Both the position numbers and the translations under genes were made by a program. Shown here piece after piece: positions 58,030 through 64,000 of a stretch of DNA of 64,000 nucleotides. The stretch is from Rhynchopus sp. YZ270_cl-10 (Eukaryota). The stretch's first letter is position 1, and the number at the start of each line of letters is the position of its first letter. The notes under the pieces are model-generated. The model had not been told where the DNA came from. It searched no databases and saw nothing but the letters and a program-made list of their open reading frames with translations. The stretch is from the NCBI GenBank assembly GCA_964035575.1, contig OZ037843.1:1240001-1304000 (forward strand). The letters are read 5' to 3'.

Positions 58030-59164
58030 TTATTTTCCCCCAAACCAGTAAACCAGCTCGTTCTGGTTTGAAACCAGTAAAAGTACCGAAACTATTTCCC
58101 TGATTTTTTGTGGGATTTGGTCCCACATAAAGACATCACTACCCGCAGTGTCCCACCACTTTATTTCGTATTTTTGTGGTCCTGTTACGAAATGGTACCG
58201 ATAGCGATCTACAGTTTGACCTGTCGCGACCTGTCGTTTCACGAGTAGTACCACAAACCAAGCCATTTGCTTCACCGTCATGTGCGAAGTGTACCGTAAA
58301 AGTGCCAACGATCTGAACGTAACGAACCGGCCATGGCTACGCGCTATGCTGCTACCCGCAGCGAGCTTACGAAACGCAGCCCACCTGCGGTGGCTGCTCA
58401 GAGTCTGGTGCCAGGCTGATCCTTTCTGAGTAGGTTTTTAGAGTGATTTTTGCTTATGAACGCCTTTGCCGTTTTGTGTAAAAACGTGGGTTACATTGTA
58501 CTGCACGGGTACGTGTACACCACCCTGTGGCCCACACTTGGTTCTGAAACCCCAGAGTCGCGTTTTCCACCATACTCAGATCTCGGCTCACAAAAATCAA
58601 AAAGGTGAAACTCCCGATTTTTTGTGAACCGCCCATTTTTGCCTGGGGAACCCTGTAGAAACACACGTACCAAGGCGTTTTTACACCTAAACTCGCGAGC
58701 AAAAGCTCTCCACACGGGCACTTTTTCCTCTTTTACACATTTTTTTTGCCCATTTTCTCATTTTGCACAGGGATTTACCTTTGTCATTTTTTCACAACAA
58801 CAAACAATTTTTTGTTTTAGTCGTGGCTGAGGCGTACTTAAACGTAAGTAATCCCGAATACGCCTCAGATGCGTTTTTCAGCCAGACCGTTTTTCATCAG
58901 TTTTCGGCCTCGCTGCATTGTATGTTTAAACATCCGTAATTGGAACCAATTCTGAAATCCGTGATCGGCCCCGTAGGTGAATGTTGCACGCGCTGCCGGT
59001 ACTGGAAACTAGGTGTCGGCGAGCAACTTACAACCCTATCCAAAGTATTGATATTTCTTGAAAAAGCCACCCATTATGTAGGGCCGGGTAAAATGGCGGC
59101 ACAAGGCACCCACCACACCACACCTCCCCAGACACTCTCTTCCCTTTCTGTACACCTCAGAACA

Positions 59165-61781
59165 ATGGTGTCATGCGGAATCCAGTCGCTGACAATGCTG
59201 CTGTGTGTGGTGCTGATTCTGTCGACAGGTGCGATCATCGGTGGCTTCACTCTGTCAACATGGGACGACCTTCTGGAGAAGGCACGTGACACAGGTGATG
59301 AGGGCTTCGGGATGTGTCTCGACAGTGGTACGGCGGACTTCGAAACGGTCTCGGCACGCTACCTGCGCTCTGTCCTTGGCAACGTGGACACGGCAGTGAA
59401 GGAGTACCTGAAGGTTCCTGAGCAGCTCGTGGTCTCGCTTGCCACCCTGGCACAGGCACACCACCCAAATGTGAGCACGAGCCCTGCCTTTGCAGCTTCC
59501 CATTTGCGTCCTGCAGTCATGTCTGCCTTTATGGCTGGGAAGGAGTCTGGAATTCTACGGTTCGGGCACGAAGCGTACCCGTGGTGTGCGGCACATCCTG
59601 TTCCGTGGAAGAGGGGTGACGGGTTTGCAGGGTGGGGCTCGCGGATGTCGTACATGAATGATGCGGGTGCTCACATGACGACTAATGTCACCAGCCCTAT
59701 CTTGCTGTATTCTACACGTGACCTCCTGACGCTGTCAGGGACTTTCCGACTATGTTGTCTTCACAGAAATCGACAAGCTCGGCGACATCAGAGACCCCTC
59801 ACAGCCGTGCAAGTACAATCCTGCCTACAACAAAGGCGAGATGCGTGGACTGTGCATATTCCCCATCCTGATTATCGAACCCCCGAACTTCGCAACCGTT
59901 GCCCAACGTGGGAGACAGATGTGGTACCTGGGTGCCGACGATCCACCACTGAACCCTGTGGACACTCTTGTTTATTCCAGCATGCAGGTGCAGTGGGACT
60001 ACACGGCGTGGGAGCTGAGCTACACCTACACCCACCCAGATATGTACACGATGCACCCCAAGCAGGGCAAACGTGTGGGTTCAGTAGTTGCCACCGTGAC
60101 TGCGAAAGGGGTGTCTGACGTGGTGCGTTCACAGCTGCTCCCGACCGGCACGTCGTTGTACCTGGTGGATGACGACCGTGCATCTGGTTCAGTGGGGACA
60201 CTTGTTGCGTACAACAGAGGACGGCACGTGACGCTCGCGAGAACCCAAAAGACCATCTACATCGAATTTGCGTCGAGCATCAACATAACGAACCACTCGA
60301 TGGAAGACGCGACGTCGCACATCCCCTCAGTGATTGCAGAGCACGGGCGGTTTGCGTTCACACACTCGCGGAACTACAGAGACCTTGTGGAGAAGACAGA
60401 GGACTCCTTCCTGAAGTGGTCTGACTCGAACGGCACGGAGTTCTGGACAATCACGTCGACAATTGAACACAGAACGATCTTCTGGTATTCAACCCTTCTT
60501 GTGCCGAGGACGTCTGTGATGGATACGATTGATGCGTCGACGAATGCAATCCGTGCGAAGGTGGCATCAGATCTGTCCTCTGCAGACGCACAGAAGGAGG
60601 ATGCGGTGACTGTGATGGCGATTGTGACGGCTGTTGCGGTGATAGGACTTCTTGCCATTGCTGTTGTGTTCACACGCTACATCACGTCACCTCTGCTGAA
60701 GCTTGGGAGAGAGATGGCAAGTGTGGCTGTGATGGACCTGGAGGCTGTGGACACGGGCCGTGCAGTGTCGCAGCTGAGTGAGGTGGGGATGATGCAGCGC
60801 AGCTTTGTTACCATGGTGGCGAACCTGGTGGAGTACCGGAACTACATGCCGCAGAGTGTGCTTGTCAACGAGAGTGAGGAGGAGGAAGAACCCACAGAAT
60901 CAGCTGAGTCCACGCAGAAGTCCAAAACAAAGGGTAGGTCTGGTGACTCATCCCGTTCGGAGTTGTCGAAGGCGCACAGCTCAGAGGTGGTGCAGAACCA
61001 GAAGGCACTGCTGCGTGTGGACGGGATGAAGAAGAAGAAGGTGTCGCTGGCACACATGAACGTCGTGTCGTGGCACGCCTTCATCAAGAAGCACAAGGAC
61101 GCAGAGGTGCTCTCCGCACACGCAGGTGTGATTGAGAGGATCCTGACAGCAGTGCAGCACAACAAGGGTGTGTGCGACACGTTTGCTGGGGACAAGATGC
61201 TTGCCACCTTCAACGCCTTTGTTCCGAAGTCGTCGCACAGTGTTTCCTGTGTGAAGGCTGCACACGAAGCAGCAACAGCACTTGGTGATGTGCACAAGAT
61301 CTCGTATGGGTGCACGACAGGCGAGGCACGTGTCGGGAACATGGGTTGCAACGGGATGAAGAAGGTGTCGATTCTCTCGCAGTCCATGTCGTGGGTGGTT
61401 GTGCTTGAGCGTTGGAACAAGAAGGAGAAGCTGCACGGTGTCATTGACCGCAACGTGTCACGTGAGGCAGAGGGACAGGTGGTGCTCCGTTGTGCAGGTG
61501 CTGTGCTGTTCGAGAAGTTCAGTGAGAAGGTGCAGACTGTGTTTGCTGTGAAGGGTCTGTGCAGCAGCGAAAACGAGGAGTGGATGTACCAGCTGGAGTC
61601 TGCCTCAAACAACCCGCACGCACTGTGGAACGAGGTCTTCGAGCACATCATCAAACAGGACTTTGAGAAGGCGTCTTCTCTGCTGGACAGCGTCGCTCAG
61701 GACCAACGCACACCTTACGAAGAGCTTGTGGGCTATGTGCGGCAGAAGGCTTATGCACCGTTCGTTGTGAAAATGCACTAA
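59165..61781 (+). pseudogene. Receptor with pseudo-cyclase domain, paralog 5, frameshifted by a 2-bp deletion near 59737
   Basis: ACGCTGTCAGGGACTTTCC here versus ACGCTGGCAGAGGGACTTTCC in paralogs 2 and 4. Otherwise collinear and open. Confidence 0.85.
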
Positions 61782-61985
61782 ATCCGTAGTCGGGACCTTC
61801 TGAAACCCTACTAAGGCGTTGACCGCTCGAACCGATGTCTCCTACCTGAGACATTACCAAAACAGGAGGCGAGGGGTATGCGGGGCGTTTTTCTGTCTTA
61901 AGGGTCTTTTTAAGCAACCCTGCCTCTTCTGCACTGCATAGCCTTTGTCTTTCTTTTTGGGTATGCGGGACTCCCCCCCCCTAGG

Positions 61986-62927
61986 CATAGGTGCCCGCCG
62001 AGTCGTTTTTGGGCGAGTTGTCGGAACTTTACGATTTCACCTAACAACTCGCCCAAAACTCGGACAACTCGGCCACAACTCGCCCTATACTCGGCACAAC
62101 TCGCCCTATACTCGGCACAACTCGGCCACAACTCGGCCACAACTCGCCCATTTTTACAGGCAAAAACATACAGGGATGGGAGGTGACGTTGTAAGGTTAC
62201 ACACATGTAACGTTGGTACAACACATGATCTCAAGAAAAACAACCAGGGCTAAGGCCAAACGCCACTCATTACATGCACCTTGTCATATGACTAGTCATA
62301 GGTGGTAACTAGGTCGTGGTGGTCCATGGGCCACCGTGCACACTCACGGTTTTTGGTAATTGCTGGGGGGAATGGGATATACTCCGTACATGGATACCCA
62401 CACAGAACACACGGTTCCCCAGACATCTGTCAGGCAATCACTGATTCACTTCACACAGGTCGGGCAGGCGCTGCCTGCCCATCCTCTTTTCCTGTCTGCT
62501 ATCGATTCCAGGTTCACAACGTTCACACGTTTAGTCAAAATGCTTTGGGCGACGACTTCCTTTGGGATACACAAAACCACACAAAGCGCACATTCACAGA
62601 CCAGCTGTGAAGCGTGGGATGCACAAGATAAAACGTGATGTGGTGTACCTGTGTACCTGTGTACCTGTGTACCTGTGTACCTGTGTACCTGTGTACCTGT
62701 GTACCTGTGTACCTGTGTACCTGTGTACCTGTGTACCTGTGTACCTGTGTACCTGTGTACCTGTGTACCTGTGTACCTGTGTACCTGTGTACCTGTGTAC
62801 CTGTGTACCTGTGTTTTTGTAGCCATAAAAAATCCCAAAAAAAAACAACTCGCCCAAAAAAAATGGGCGAGTTGTTGGCCGAATTTGGGCGAGTTGCCGA
62901 GTTGTTTTAACTCGCCGGGCACCTATG
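61986..62927. mobile_element. CATAGG-terminated non-autonomous DNA element (hAT-like termini) inserted in another repeat
   Basis: TIR CATAGGTGCCCGcCGAGT / ACTCGCCGGGCACCTATG and subterminal AACTCG(G/C)C repeats. Flanks 61860-61982 + 62934-62956 match the contiguous uninterrupted sequence at ~37418-37567. Confidence 0.75.
62644..62814. repeat. (TGTACCTG)n octamer microsatellite, ~21 units
   Basis: Direct reading. Confidence 0.97.
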
Positions 62928-63335
62928 CGGCGGAGTCCCCCCCCCCTTGTCCTCAGGGTGCTAAACGTCCCTGCCCCTACTAAATGCAAGTTAAGACCTT
63001 ACAGGGTATAAAATTACCGCTGTTGGAGAAGCTGTGGGATGTCCTCATCGGGTATCCCACAGAGAGTGCGCCGGTTACACACGATACACTTCCAAGCGGA
63101 AAAACAGACTTTACCCCCATAAAAAGTTTAAAAACACACCCCAAAACACATGACCCAAGAATGGCGCAAAGAGGCTGGGAGGGGACCTTCTTGGTCTCAC
63201 ACTCCCGGGTGGTGAAAGCGTATTGCCTGCTTTTGAAAGAGACGGGACACTCGTTCCGGAGAACCAAGAAACCCCTGCCCTGTTTACACAGGTGCAATGA
63301 AAATTACGTGAAAAGTTCGAGAAGGTAGGTATATA

Positions 63336-63921
63336 CCGTAAAAATATTTATTCTGGGCCGGAACAAAACTGGAACACCCCAAAAAATCGTCGATTGTTCC
63401 AGTTTTGTTCCGCACCAGTATTGTTTTGGGGGGGTATCCGTGCCTTGTCAAAAAAAACGAGGAGTGCGACGAATTTTTTGGGGACTCCGGTCCATTGGCG
63501 CACCCGGACTTATTGGCTACGACCGTCGCCCAGTTTTTACGTACCCGCGCTACACCATGCACATGCTCGAACACGTCATCGTACGTGCCAAAATTACGAA
63601 CTCCGGCTGGGGAAATGACATCATCCCTGACAACAAACTTGTAGAAGCCAGCGCAGCTGATGCTGTGCGATAACGAATATGATAAGGTGACTAAGCACGA
63701 GAGGCTTAGGATCATCTTATAAACTTTTCTTTTTTTTGCCCAAAGATGCACTATGCACCTGGGTGGGGTGGGAATGTGGATAAAAATTCTACCCCAACAG
63801 AACTGTTCTGGGCCGGAACAAAACTGGGACACCCCGAAAAACCCCAAGTGTTCCAGTTTTGTTCCGGTCCAGTATACTTCTGTCTCAGAATAGTTACAGC
63901 CCAGAATAAATATTTTTACGG
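63336..63921. mobile_element. Tc1/mariner-type MITE with TA TSD, containing an R2 repeat copy
   Basis: TA-CCGTAAAAATATTTATTCTGGGC ... GCCCAGAATAAATATTTTTACGG-TA, with internal hairpins GGAACAAAACTGG..CCAGTTTTGTTCC. Confidence 0.85.
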
Positions 63922-64000
63922 TAGTGTTTTTGTAACTGTTCTGCCCTGTCTCTGCAGAAGTGTCAGCTCTGTCGTTTTGCTAAGCTCCACTGCATGTTTC

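Noticed and set aside
19803..61781. Diversity-generating retroelement as the cause of receptor variability
   Set aside because: No reverse transcriptase or template/variable repeat pair is seen, and the differences are not adenine-restricted and include indels.
62560..62640. Minus-strand LSCASHASQL resembling the hAT CxxH motif
   Set aside because: Too short, with no other transposase motifs recognisable. It could be chance.

Overview
Eukaryotic, repeat-rich genomic DNA. It is probably from a free-living euglenozoan such as a diplonemid (inference from canonical GT-AG introns, polypyrimidine-AG acceptors just before start codons, expanded receptor-type adenylate cyclases, and all intact genes lying on the + strand). 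Genes: a spliced coiled-coil protein (5' end may lie outside the window), a ubiquitin-like/LRR/CaaX protein, an ankyrin-TIR-TIR-coiled-coil protein broken by a 14-bp duplication, a secreted DUF3472-like protein, five paralogous two-TM receptor cyclases and a 1640-aa Cys-rich surface protein. Only one receptor has a catalytically intact cyclase. The other four carry a pseudo-cyclase, and all five have patchwork hypervariable ectodomains between near-identical DNA blocks. Intergenic DNA is packed with MITEs, foldback elements, a decayed tyrosine-recombinase element, two ~50-nt hairpin-plus-tail repeat families and micro/minisatellites. The most unusual structure is a head-to-tail pair of cargo-carrying elements (52981-58029) with identical ends but different cargo (HSP70 and MORN pseudogene fragments versus a ~61-bp tandem repeat). 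It is inserted without a target-site duplication into a T-run whose empty paralogous site is visible at 31783-31882. All domain assignments are by eye from motifs, and repeat boundaries may be off by a few bases.
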